Virus record (IMG/VR): IMGVR_UViG_3300043399_000272
Coordinates: 62,001-126,000 of that record
Direction: 5' to 3' (one strand)
DNA: 64,000 nucleotides
Below the pieces are notes generated by a model. That model made no database searches, was not told the DNA's origin, and saw only the letters and a list, made by a program, of their open reading frames with translations. The position numbers and the translations under genes were made by a program. Below, in pieces: positions 27,808 through 37,414 of this stretch. The first letter of the stretch is position 1, and the number at the start of each line of letters is the position of its first letter.

Positions 27808-28497
27808 TTATTCTTTGTAAGTTGTTATACTCATTTTATATTCAGTTAGATTACTAGTGAGTGGTGTTACTGTTAACTGTAAATTACCTGAATTGTACGA
27901 GAAAGTAAAATCTGCTACACCAGGACTTGAATTGGGTACATCAATGGTACCGTACTCACTGTAGTCAACTTGGTTGTCTAAAATTCCTGCAAACAGCTTA
28001 CTAATCTGTCTATAATTTAATGTGTTATCCGTCGCAATGATCGTAACATCAACTGAAGATATTCCTTCTATAGGAGTAGCATATAATACTTGATTTGATG
28101 CTGTGCTTGCTGTAGTTGCAAATATCACATTAGTACTAGAAAATTCAGATGTGCCTGATCCCAATGCATACGTATTTGCAATAACTTTGTCGGTTACTTG
28201 CAACACACCGGAATTAAAATCAAACTTTAATTTTTCACTAGCATCAGCAAGTCCATTATTGTTAAACAATACCCAAGTATTTTGTCCAGGTACTACAATA
28301 TTTGCTTCAACGTTTCCTTGAAAGGTACCTAAAAACAATTCAGCAGATATAGTACCAGAAGATACTGTATTTCCAGTAATACTTACATTACCTAGTTCTG
28401 CATAACTTGTATAAATGTTGCCGTTGTTATCCGCAAATGGGCGCGGAGGTATACCTATTGTGTACCCGCTTTTACTGTTAAATGGATCTGCAGCCAT
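27808..28497 (-). CDS. short virion protein, first gene of the fibre array
   Basis: FNSKSGYTIG N-terminus; divergent copy of the shared C-terminal domain. Confidence 0.7.
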   Translation of the reverse strand: MAADPFNSKSGYTIGIPPRPFADNNGNIYTSYAELGNVSITGNTVSSGTISAELFLGTFQGNVEANIVVPGQNTWVLFNNNGLADASEKLKFDFNSGVLQVTDKVIANTYALGSGTSEFSSTNVIFATTASTASNQVLYATPIEGISSVDVTIIATDNTLNYRQISKLFAGILDNQVDYSEYGTIDVPNSSPGVADFTFSYNSGNLQLTVTPLTSNLTEYKMSITTYKE

Positions 28498-28525
28498 GAA
28501 TGGTTCCGAATATCATCTTATTACT

Positions 28526-28533
28526 TATTTATC
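28526..28533 (-). promoter_or_regulatory. late promoter-like motif (GATAAATA) for the fibre array
   Basis: Lies between the capsid terminator and the 28497 start. Confidence 0.6.
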
Positions 28534-28562
28534 ATTTTTTCATAATCTTACTCATAGCCAAC

Positions 28563-28586
28563 AAAAAAGCACACCGAAGTGTGCTT
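28563..28586 (-). terminator. intrinsic terminator after the major capsid gene
   Basis: AAGCACAC-TTCG-GTGTGCTT followed by a T run on the - strand (cUUCGg tetraloop). Confidence 0.9.
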
Positions 28587-28617
28587 AATTGTCTTCCCAT
28601 CCCGAAGAAAGATTTGA

Positions 28618-29814
28618 TTATTGGAATGTCAAGTTACTTACAGCGATAGCGCCTAAGTAGTCAGCAGCATTACCGAAGCTGGATGCTGTGTTTGTCAACT
28701 CTACGTAACCATAACGTGTCATGAATGATACGACTGGTTCGAATGTTGTAGGATCTAGAACAACACCAGAACTCATCAATGGGATGTATGGGCAATAGAA
28801 TGCCGCTGCATCAGTCTCAGATGAACCCTTGTAGCCGACTAGAACGTTAGCTGTGTCAGAAGCATATGTGTTAACGAACACACGCATTGCACCGTTCAAT
28901 GTACCAACGAACTTAGTGTTAGTTGGAGCTTCGAATGTACCTTCTGTAGTACGTGCGAATGCAGATGTTGTAGCAGACTGTAGAACAGTCAATGCTGCTG
29001 GAGATACAACTGCCCAGTTACCAGCACCACGGCGTGTGCGTTGTGCGATCAAGTTAGCTGTACGGTTGATTAGAACTGCTAGAGCAGCGTGTTCGTCACC
29101 AACGAATGTAGCTGTACCAGAAACGGTAGCTTGGTTGTATGTGAACTCAGTTGTAGCTAATGTGTTTAGAGACAATAGAATTTCTTGGTCGATTTCAGCA
29201 GTAATTTCTTGTGCTAGAGCGGCCATGATTTCTGCTTCAACGTCAATACCATGCTGGCTTTGTGCGTCTTGAGCAGCTTCGAATGTCCAACGTGCTTGCA
29301 ACTTACGGCTCTTAGCTTCAACAGCTTGACGTAGAATCTGTACAGAAATCTGCTTACCGCCATTACCTTCTAAAGATGCTGTAGGTGCTGCAGTATATGC
29401 GCTAGCTGAAGTAGCAGCGTTAGGTACTGTAGAATAAGCCTGAGCAATCTTGAATGGTGATAGAGCTTCTTCACCTGCTGTTACGCTAGTTTGTGCTGCG
29501 CTGTTGTCTGTTAAAGACTGAGCATAACGTACACGTAGAGTATGGATCTGACCAACTGGGCCAGTCATTGGCTGAACACCAACTAACTCGTTAGCGATAA
29601 CTGTCGGCATTACACGACGGATAACTGGAAGAATAACGCGGTTTAGAGTAGCGATATTACCAGCTGTAGTTGTTCCGGCTGAACTTTCAGACAACAACTG
29701 CTTTTTGGTGTTTTCTAAAATAACACCCATTGTTGAGCGGCGAGTACCTTTAAGACCTTCAAGTAGGGCTTCTTTGGTCTCGTCCCAACGGCTTTCTAAT
29801 AGAACTTGTGACAT
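28618..29814 (-). CDS. gp23: major capsid protein (T4 gp23-like)
   Basis: VGVQPMTGPVGQI, AKSRKLQARWTFEAAQD, EITAEIDQEIL, FYCPYIPL, FMTRYG. Confidence 0.95.
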   Translation of the reverse strand: MSQVLLESRWDETKEALLEGLKGTRRSTMGVILENTKKQLLSESSAGTTTAGNIATLNRVILPVIRRVMPTVIANELVGVQPMTGPVGQIHTLRVRYAQSLTDNSAAQTSVTAGEEALSPFKIAQAYSTVPNAATSASAYTAAPTASLEGNGGKQISVQILRQAVEAKSRKLQARWTFEAAQDAQSQHGIDVEAEIMAALAQEITAEIDQEILLSLNTLATTEFTYNQATVSGTATFVGDEHAALAVLINRTANLIAQRTRRGAGNWAVVSPAALTVLQSATTSAFARTTEGTFEAPTNTKFVGTLNGAMRVFVNTYASDTANVLVGYKGSSETDAAAFYCPYIPLMSSGVVLDPTTFEPVVSFMTRYGYVELTNTASSFGNAADYLGAIAVSNLTFQ

Positions 29815-29846
29815 GTTTATTTTCTCCTAAAATTATGTCTTTATTT

Positions 29847-30956
29847 TTAAAGCCCTGCCAAACGCTTAAAGTCGATTAGGTTATCACCTTCTCCTACTTC
29901 AACATTTTGTTTCACGGCAGTTTTATCCCCAGTTACTGCTTTAACACTTTCTGAAATTACAGTCTTGCTCTTTGGAGCTTCCTTCTTTTCAGTAATATTA
30001 TTCAATACTGCTGGTAGATACTTGTCGAAAGCGGCCTGTAGACGAGGGGTTTGGACGCTTTCTAGTAAGTCTCTCATCACTGTTGCTTTTTCTGCATTTA
30101 ATGTAGATAACAACTCACCCATGACCTTTGTACGTTCATTGGATTCTTTGATGATGCGAACTTCACGTTCTTTGCTTTCAATCAACATCTTAGCGTTGTT
30201 GATTGTTTTAATGGATTCAGATAATTGCTTATCTTTCTCGGCTAATTGTTGCATTAGCTTACGTGCTTCTGCCTTATCATTTAAGTAAGTACCAGAATAT
30301 TCACTTGCGAAAGATTCAAAGATACGGCGACCAAAATCGTTTTCACGAGCAATCTTGATATCTTCTTTCAATTGTCCGATTTCACCCTTTAGATGTTTAG
30401 CTACAGATTCGTTCAATCTCTTAGCACTTTCAGCAACAAAACGTGCCTTTAGTGTTTCAAGTTGTTTACGACCTTCAGCAACTAACTTAACCTTAGCTTC
30501 AACTACAGCCTGTTTGTCTTGTGCAAATTCTTTGATTTCACGAGCAAGAGCAGAAACAACGAATTGTTCTAGCTTTTGTTGGCTTTCTTGTTGTAGCTTG
30601 CGCTCTGAGCGTAGCTCTTTAATTTCTTCACTTAGTTTTTCAACCATGAATTGATTAAATTTAGCTGCACTTTCTTGCAACTTTGCTTTAGCTTTTACGC
30701 GGTCTTCGTTCATTGCTTGACGCTCTTGATTGAATTCTTCAATCTCAGCAGCAAGGCTTTCTGTAACCATTTTATCTAGGGCTTCAACCATTATGTCTTT
30801 GTCATGTTCATAACGTTGTGCGAATTCTTCTCTTAATTCTGCACGAACTTGTTCTCTAGCTTCATTTAACTTGATTTCCCATGCTTCGTTTAAAGCAGTG
30901 GATGTTTCTTCGTTAATAAGTCCAGATTCAAGTAATGGCTTGATTGCGTCTAGCAT
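29847..30956 (-). CDS. prohead core scaffold protein (gp22-like)
   Basis: Long E/K/A-rich coiled coil, GRRIFESF; located between protease and capsid genes. Confidence 0.75.
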   Translation of the reverse strand: MLDAIKPLLESGLINEETSTALNEAWEIKLNEAREQVRAELREEFAQRYEHDKDIMVEALDKMVTESLAAEIEEFNQERQAMNEDRVKAKAKLQESAAKFNQFMVEKLSEEIKELRSERKLQQESQQKLEQFVVSALAREIKEFAQDKQAVVEAKVKLVAEGRKQLETLKARFVAESAKRLNESVAKHLKGEIGQLKEDIKIARENDFGRRIFESFASEYSGTYLNDKAEARKLMQQLAEKDKQLSESIKTINNAKMLIESKEREVRIIKESNERTKVMGELLSTLNAEKATVMRDLLESVQTPRLQAAFDKYLPAVLNNITEKKEAPKSKTVISESVKAVTGDKTAVKQNVEVGEGDNLIDFKRLAGL

Positions 30957-30966
30957 ATCGGTTCCC

Positions 30967-31602
30967 TTATTTTAACTTGAGGTCCTTGATGAGGCGCATT
31001 ACTTCCTCTTTCAAGTATCTCTGTACTTTCATGTCGTTTTGTGCATCTTTTGCAATGTCCAAAGTTCTATGACCATGACGCATATTCATCATCCCTTCAT
31101 AGATTGCTTTAGGATATGCATTAGGCGCACTAGGCTGTGCGACAATATCCACAGTGACTATTTCAAAGTCACTAACCTTTCCTGATGCATCGTCAACGTT
31201 GCCGCTGCCTCTGCTAGAAACTCCTAACTTCACACCACTCTCTAACATAGTAGAAACTAGTTGACCCATCGGTGTTGGAAGTATTTTTAATTTACCAAAA
31301 CCATTTGCACCATCCATCCACATGTTAGTAATCATATGTGATACACGATCCAAATTAATTTTTAAATCATCTGGGTGATCTACTTCACCTAATACAGATA
31401 AACCGTCTGATATTTGCTCATTCAAAGTCTGTACAGCATTTTCAATTTCAGATACAGGATACACACGCTCGTTAGCGTTGCGTACCCCGCCCTGAATGAA
31501 GATCCCTTTCATATAAAGAGACTTCTTGCTACCTTCACCTTCACTTTCAACAACCATTCCTGCGCGGTCGAAAGTAAGATTTTCTTTGAGATACAAAGCC
31601 AT
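30967..31602 (-). CDS. gp21: prohead protease (T4 gp21-like)
   Basis: GIFIQG..RNANERVYP, LGEVDHP, RVSH, GVSSRGSG, DIVAQPSAPNA. Confidence 0.93.
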   Translation of the reverse strand: MALYLKENLTFDRAGMVVESEGEGSKKSLYMKGIFIQGGVRNANERVYPVSEIENAVQTLNEQISDGLSVLGEVDHPDDLKINLDRVSHMITNMWMDGANGFGKLKILPTPMGQLVSTMLESGVKLGVSSRGSGNVDDASGKVSDFEIVTVDIVAQPSAPNAYPKAIYEGMMNMRHGHRTLDIAKDAQNDMKVQRYLKEEVMRLIKDLKLK

Positions 31603-31616
31603 TATCTCAGGTTTCC

Positions 31617-32441
31617 TTATTTAACAATCTTCTTAGCAGACTTTTTAGATTCTGCTACTGGGCTTTTGCTATCAGCGCCATCATCACCATGCTTTGGCTT
31701 TGGTGCTGCTTCGCCCTTTTCGCTAAACTTTGATCCAGGTGCATTCTTGTAGTTACCAGGAATGTCTTTTGGTGTTGGGTTCAATAAACCACCTTGTGTG
31801 CCACCTTTAGTAGCGTCACCGCCTTGACTAAAGTTGATTGGCTTAGCGCCGTTACCAGAAACTTTATTGTTTGCACCTAACGTAGGGCTCTTGGTATTCT
31901 GACCATCGTCACCCATCTTTGCTGTAGGTACTTTCTGTAGTTGAACAGATTCTTCTAGAGTCTCTTCACCTTCTTCTTCGTCATCTTCTTCTGAAGATTC
32001 CATCATTTCTTCGTCTTCGCCGCCAAAGTCTTCGTCGCCTTCTTCATCAGAAGCGCCGCCTTCGTCAGCCATCAATTCTTCAAATTCGGCCATTAATTGA
32101 TCTAGTTTATCTTCTAGATCAACAACACGGTCTTCTAATTCTTCTTCACCTTCTTCGCCGCCCATTTCGTCAGCGTCTAATTCAACTTCTCCGTCGATTT
32201 CTTCGCCGTCGTCTGCAACGTCAATGTCAGCTAATTCTTCTTCTTCGGTCATGCCTTCTTCTTCAGCAGAAATCTCATCTAAAAGACCTTCTACTGGACT
32301 GTCGGTCATTTCCTCGTCCATCATTGATTCATAAATTTCACGGCTTTTTTCAACCACGATATCGTGGAATAAAGCACGTGCTTGTTCCTCGCTCTCATTG
32401 ATAATTAGGTCAATGAGTTGTTCAAACTTTTTGTTATCCAT
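31617..32441 (-). CDS. highly acidic prohead core/scaffold-like protein
   Basis: D/E-rich N-terminal two-thirds and a K/G/P-rich tail; located between portal and protease. Confidence 0.6.
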   Translation of the reverse strand: MDNKKFEQLIDLIINESEEQARALFHDIVVEKSREIYESMMDEEMTDSPVEGLLDEISAEEEGMTEEEELADIDVADDGEEIDGEVELDADEMGGEEGEEELEDRVVDLEDKLDQLMAEFEELMADEGGASDEEGDEDFGGEDEEMMESSEEDDEEEGEETLEESVQLQKVPTAKMGDDGQNTKSPTLGANNKVSGNGAKPINFSQGGDATKGGTQGGLLNPTPKDIPGNYKNAPGSKFSEKGEAAPKPKHGDDGADSKSPVAESKKSAKKIVK

Positions 32442-32480
32442 TATTGTGTTCTCCTGAAATAGAAATGGCTTGTGTAGAAA

Positions 32481-32487
32481 TATTTAG
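32481..32487 (-). promoter_or_regulatory. late promoter-like motif (CTAAATA)
   Basis: About 40 nt upstream of the 32441 start, which has an AGGAG SD. Confidence 0.55.
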
Positions 32488-32548
32488 TGAGTAGCTGTGA
32501 AAAGTACTCAATAAGTGCATATTTTTTGCACTTTTAGCAATGATATGC

Positions 32549-32773
32549 TTATAAAGCTGGAGTTTCTTGTGAAACTGGTTCGTATTGCTTGCGAACCTTC
32601 TTTAAATTTTTACTGTACTCATAGTTACGAACATCCAGCATTTTTCTTAACTTTCGTATTTGACGTAAAGTTAATTTTGTTTTTCTGGTCTCAGTCCACT
32701 TGTAGCGGCTGTTATCATCAGCAGGATCCTGGTATCCTTTGACTGGTTGATCGTACATTTCGTAGAGCTTCAT
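32549..32773 (-). CDS. small conserved-looking head-module protein
   Basis: 74 aa, RKTKLTLRQIRKLRKM; GATAAATA at 32779-32786 just upstream. Confidence 0.65.
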   Translation of the reverse strand: MKLYEMYDQPVKGYQDPADDNSRYKWTETRKTKLTLRQIRKLRKMLDVRNYEYSKNLKKVRKQYEPVSQETPAL

Positions 32774-32787
32774 ATTTTTATTTATCT

Positions 32788-34563
32788 TTAAACTGGTGCC
32801 GCGCCGCCTGGCGCTGGGGCGCCTGCTGCAGGTAATGCTTCAGGTCCTGCAACTGCTGGTCCTATTTCAGGTGGCATTTGTTCAGCAGCTTGATTTTCGT
32901 CCGGTAAGTTTTCTGCTGTCTCTGCATCCTGATCGATATCACCTGGACTTATACCGATACTACGTAAGTCATTACCTTTAGATTCGGATTTTTCAGGCTC
33001 TTCTCTTTCTTCAAACCAAAGTTTACTGTTTTCTTCGATTTCTTCTTCTGTTAAGCCCAAGAAACGTTGCATAGCAAAACGCTTACTTATATACGGGAAT
33101 GCTTCCATAGTTTGGAATACCGTAACTCTAGCAGTATCCAATTCACTTTGACGATATGCTGCAAAGTTTTGTGGGCTATTGAACTTAATGTCAAACAAGC
33201 TACTATCGATATTCAAGCCTCTCCAACGCATGAATAACTTGAATTCATCATTCAACTTTTGACTTACATAATTCTGCAATCTCATGCAGTATTGGTTAAA
33301 TCTAAATTCCTGAATCATAGCAGTACCAACTCGTCCATCGCTCAATGGTGTTGGGTTATCTTCTGGTCCTGTAGGTAAGTAACTACTTGGTACACGCAAT
33401 CCCCTTGCTAATCTGTTGTTGAAGTACCGTAAGTCATCAATCTCGCCTAAGTTTTGTCCGCCCTGTAATGTAGTAACGTCACTACCTCGACCATCAGCAG
33501 TGACAGGGAAAAAATAATCCTCGTTGATACTTAATGGGTTATAAGTAGCGTCCAATACTGACTGTCCGCCTTGTACACTTGGAATTCTGCGTTGGTGAAT
33601 TTCGTTTTTAATTCTATCCACAAACGCCATTGCCATGTGACTTGGCATATTACCTACATCAATTTTGAATATTCTACGCTCTGGTGCACGGCTAATACGA
33701 TAAATCAAAATTGCATCTTCTAACAATTCTTTTTGTTTGTAGACTTTGAAGATGTTTTCCAAAATACTTTGACCGAAGGGCCAATATCTGTCAAGACCTT
33801 CGGTTAGACTAAGATGCACGATATGTTTAGCGTCTATCGCAGATTCATTCAAACCCAAACTAAAACGTGATCCTGTAGTACCGTAAGGTTCATTAGGAAC
33901 AGTATATGAATATGGTGCTGAATAACCCGCTGTAGGCGGTTGTGCTTGAAAATCTGTAGTTGTTTTTTCTGCTATGCTTAAGTTTTGTAAGTTAGGGTTA
34001 ATGTCTTTAACAACATATTGTTCAGGTTTCTTACCTTCACTTTCATTAACAATAACTTTACTTACTTTAGTCATATCTACCCAGTATAACTTAAAGTTCT
34101 CTGGGTCTCGTATGAATACTTGATCACCGTACTTTATAGAATTTCTAAAAATCTTAAAAATTCTAGTCTCGAATTCATTTAGTTTGCACCATTGCTGTAA
34201 TTGCTTTTTAACAATCTCAACTTCGTGTGGAGTTGGTTCCTCATGGAATGTAATTTCAAAAGGAGTATTGTTGTGTTCGTTCTTTTGTGTGCTGAATTCT
34301 GCAATAATATCTAAACATGCATTGATTTCAGCATCCACATCCATCATTTCATATTGATTGTAACGTTCAATACGGTTTGGGTGTCCTGTATAGACTTCTG
34401 GTAATCTACTTTGATAATTTTTATATCCAAAATCGGTGTTATTCCAACCGCCTGTGGGGCCATTGTTCATACCCGGGCCATTCCATGCGCCAGTGTTTTG
34501 GTTGAATCCAGATATAGGACTCATCTGACCTGTTAAGTTGGAGAAACGCTTTTTATAAGACAT
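32788..34563 (-). CDS. gp20: portal protein (T4 gp20-like)
   Basis: YKQKELLEDAILIYRISRAPERRIFKIDVGNMP, EDYFFP, FNNRLARGLRVP; ATG at 34563 lies 5 nt after GATAAATA (34569-34576). Confidence 0.95.
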   Translation of the reverse strand: MSYKKRFSNLTGQMSPISGFNQNTGAWNGPGMNNGPTGGWNNTDFGYKNYQSRLPEVYTGHPNRIERYNQYEMMDVDAEINACLDIIAEFSTQKNEHNNTPFEITFHEEPTPHEVEIVKKQLQQWCKLNEFETRIFKIFRNSIKYGDQVFIRDPENFKLYWVDMTKVSKVIVNESEGKKPEQYVVKDINPNLQNLSIAEKTTTDFQAQPPTAGYSAPYSYTVPNEPYGTTGSRFSLGLNESAIDAKHIVHLSLTEGLDRYWPFGQSILENIFKVYKQKELLEDAILIYRISRAPERRIFKIDVGNMPSHMAMAFVDRIKNEIHQRRIPSVQGGQSVLDATYNPLSINEDYFFPVTADGRGSDVTTLQGGQNLGEIDDLRYFNNRLARGLRVPSSYLPTGPEDNPTPLSDGRVGTAMIQEFRFNQYCMRLQNYVSQKLNDEFKLFMRWRGLNIDSSLFDIKFNSPQNFAAYRQSELDTARVTVFQTMEAFPYISKRFAMQRFLGLTEEEIEENSKLWFEEREEPEKSESKGNDLRSIGISPGDIDQDAETAENLPDENQAAEQMPPEIGPAVAGPEALPAAGAPAPGGAAPV

Positions 34564-34596
34564 AGTGATATTTATCAATCATTGGCGAGTTGTTAG

Positions 34597-37380
34597 TTAA
34601 TTTGTACGCAGTGCAACAAGCATTTCTTCTTGCAGCAACCTAGACTTATACAACTCATTTAGCATCAATCGGCTGTTATCGTCGGTCATAGAGATTAAGT
34701 CAGCTAGTAATTTACCAGCATTTGGTTGCGAACTTAACGGGTTTATAGATGAAATGGGCTGTTTAGAAACTTCATTTCTATAGTTAGTTAAGCTGTTTGC
34801 TGCATCTGATAACAATGCTTGATATGACGCAGCACTTGTAGCTACTTCGTTTTTATGAAGCATTACAGGGTATCCTGAATTAGGACCACTGAATACTCCA
34901 CCGTATCTTGCTTCTTCAAAATGCACAGGGTCTCTAGGTACTGTTTGCTTCAAGCCCTGTGCGTTAAACGCCGTTACTAATTTTGGATCAGTATAGTTTT
35001 GGACATCGATTGCTTTGCCCATTTCATGCTTACTGGAACCAGGAGGAGCTACAGGCATTCCTGTTTTGCCTCTAGCTAAGTAGTCAGCATAAAGTTGTCT
35101 TTGTTTTTCACTATCCCTAAAAGAACTGTTAACTTGTACTTTCTTACCAGTTAATGCGAAATAATCAGTAGCAGCAGAAACAACTTTCTCCTTAAAAGCA
35201 GGATTTAAGTTATCAAAATTAGTTCTTGATCCTGAAGCTCCACCAAAGGATAAAATCTTATCTACTTGTCCAGGTGCTGCGGGCGCAGCTGGGGCTTCAA
35301 CTGAAGGGACTGAAGGTCTTTTACCTCCTACTGCTTTACTGAATTCATCTACTGCCTTTTTAAATGTGTCAGTTGCCCCTTTGTGAATATTAGTCGAAAT
35401 GTTAAATGCTTTAACAACACCATCCATTAACATTGCGGCACCTTGCTGCTTTCGACCAGCATCGATCATATTTTCAGTGTCTTTGTCTCCGCGTTGTGCC
35501 ATTTCAGCTAGTCTACGAGCGACTGCTTGTTGTAGGTCTAAACCTTCAACTAAATTTGAATTTAATTTTTGTTGGGTGTCTAACAATCCTGCAAACTTAC
35601 CTGGTATAATACCCTGAACAGCTTCTGAACCACCAAATCTAACAGTAGGTGCTACTCTTAATAACGCCTCCCTCAAATCAACTGCTATGCTTCCTAATAA
35701 TTGATTAGCTTTTTGACCACTTTCTAATCCTTGTATAAGTCTAGGCATTGACTGCAATACTGCTGCGGCTTCTGCTGATGCTGGACCTCCAGCACCGTAT
35801 TGTGCAATACCTTTAGCTAATTGAGACTGACCCATAGCTTGCATACTAACCGCAGCTTCATAGTATTGTCTTAATCTTTCTAATTCAGCTTGCGGTGCTC
35901 CTCTAGCTTCTGCTTCTAAAATAGATGCTCTTAGCTCGTCTACAGCCATTATAGCTTCACGTGCTTCTTCTTGTTCTTTTCTAGTAGCACCAGTTAATTC
36001 TTGAAGTAGAACCAACTCTTTGATATATGCTTCTGACCCTTTAATTAACTGACTTTCAGTTTTGAGCCTTGACATCCCAAGTCTAGTTTCTTGGGCCATG
36101 TATTTTAAGGTAAGTTCTCGTTGCTCGTTTGCAACAATACCCAATGCTTCTAATTCTTTTCCGGCGCCGCTTTTGAATAGTTCTCCAGCAACTCGAATAT
36201 ACTGTCTAGCTCCTTCGCTAGTTGTAGCCCCAAAATACTTTAAATCTTTTGCACTTTGGGCTAGAATTCTATTGAATTCTTCAATCTCAGCTACAGTCAT
36301 CCCCAATGTCTGCATCTGTTCAAAAACATCAGACATGCCACCGGATAACAAAATACCCGAACGGGATAGATCGTTGAATGACTTAAATAATTTGTCTGAC
36401 TGTATAGCAGCTACTTCGTTTGCTTCACCTGCTTTCTTTATAGCAGTACCACCGATTGCAAGTGCGGCCCCAAATCCCCTTAGTACCCAACGTAATGCGC
36501 CCATTCCAGGTATTAACATCATTGCAATACCTATTGCTTGGGTTGCTGTTCCCAATTCATCAGTAAACTCTTTGACTGCTCTAGCAGAAACAGCGGCACC
36601 CCTAGCACCGTTGTATACTTCTTTAGTCATCTTAGCAGTTGCATTGTATAATCCTGTACCAACAGCAGTTAGTAGAATCCAACCTGCGCTAAGTGTTGCG
36701 CTCTTTCCAATTAAATCAAAGACTTTATTGTTTAAATCTGCTAGGAATGAACCACCTGTTTTATATTTGTCAGTAAGTTCTTTGAGTACGTTCCCGCTTT
36801 CTTCTTTCATTCGGTCACGTAAATCTTCTTTTTTATCTTCAACTGCTTTGCGCTTGTTTTCTTTCTCGATAAGTTTTAAATTTTCTTTTTGCTCTTTTGA
36901 TAAGATATTAACAATGTTTCCATAAGTGTCAATTTTCTTACCTAAGGATTGAAGTCTTATTTCATATTCACTCTGCTTAAAAGTACCACCAGCTTCGCCG
37001 GTTCCGGCTACTTTTACTTTTGTTAACTTGCTTAATGTTTTACCTAACTCGTTGAATTGAGTTATCAATCCCTGAGTTGCTTTTGACAGACTCTTAAAGT
37101 CTTTACCTAATGACTTGCTAGAATCAGATACGGCTCCAAACCCTCGGGTTGCATTATCGCTAGTTTTCTTAGCAGCAGAAGTAGTGGTATTGAGTTCAGT
37201 TGTTTTCTTTAACAACTTATCCAATTCTTTGTTCAACTTAGCTACAGTTGACTTTGTAGTATCAGTAGTAGTATTGAATTTACCAAACCCAGAATCCAAT
37301 CCAGTGGTAGAGTCTGTTAATTCTCGGATACTCTCCGACAATCTTCTAATTTCTTCTGGGTCTATATTATTGTCAGCCAT
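34597..37380 (-). CDS. tape-measure-like protein with a C-terminal M15 (D,D-peptidase-like) domain
   Basis: Long amphipathic helical body with a hydrophobic segment; VNSSFRD..KQRQLY, APPGSSKHEMGKAIDV, DPVHF zinc-peptidase motifs. Confidence 0.75.
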   Translation of the reverse strand: MADNNIDPEEIRRLSESIRELTDSTTGLDSGFGKFNTTTDTTKSTVAKLNKELDKLLKKTTELNTTTSAAKKTSDNATRGFGAVSDSSKSLGKDFKSLSKATQGLITQFNELGKTLSKLTKVKVAGTGEAGGTFKQSEYEIRLQSLGKKIDTYGNIVNILSKEQKENLKLIEKENKRKAVEDKKEDLRDRMKEESGNVLKELTDKYKTGGSFLADLNNKVFDLIGKSATLSAGWILLTAVGTGLYNATAKMTKEVYNGARGAAVSARAVKEFTDELGTATQAIGIAMMLIPGMGALRWVLRGFGAALAIGGTAIKKAGEANEVAAIQSDKLFKSFNDLSRSGILLSGGMSDVFEQMQTLGMTVAEIEEFNRILAQSAKDLKYFGATTSEGARQYIRVAGELFKSGAGKELEALGIVANEQRELTLKYMAQETRLGMSRLKTESQLIKGSEAYIKELVLLQELTGATRKEQEEAREAIMAVDELRASILEAEARGAPQAELERLRQYYEAAVSMQAMGQSQLAKGIAQYGAGGPASAEAAAVLQSMPRLIQGLESGQKANQLLGSIAVDLREALLRVAPTVRFGGSEAVQGIIPGKFAGLLDTQQKLNSNLVEGLDLQQAVARRLAEMAQRGDKDTENMIDAGRKQQGAAMLMDGVVKAFNISTNIHKGATDTFKKAVDEFSKAVGGKRPSVPSVEAPAAPAAPGQVDKILSFGGASGSRTNFDNLNPAFKEKVVSAATDYFALTGKKVQVNSSFRDSEKQRQLYADYLARGKTGMPVAPPGSSKHEMGKAIDVQNYTDPKLVTAFNAQGLKQTVPRDPVHFEEARYGGVFSGPNSGYPVMLHKNEVATSAASYQALLSDAANSLTNYRNEVSKQPISSINPLSSQPNAGKLLADLISMTDDNSRLMLNELYKSRLLQEEMLVALRTN

Positions 37381-37390
37381 TTTTTAGTGA

Positions 37391-37414
37391 TTAAATAATT
37401 CTAATGTATTTATG
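37391..37414. promoter_or_regulatory. pair of opposed late promoter-like motifs
   Basis: TTAAATA at 37391-37397 (+) and CATAAATA at 37407-37414 (-), between divergent genes. Confidence 0.55.

Noticed and set aside
15038-28497. Diversity-generating retroelement as the source of fibre repeats
   Set aside because: No reverse transcriptase in the window; the repeat pairs are coding on both sides and differ by only one to three bases, with no non-coding template repeat or adenine-specific mutagenesis pattern
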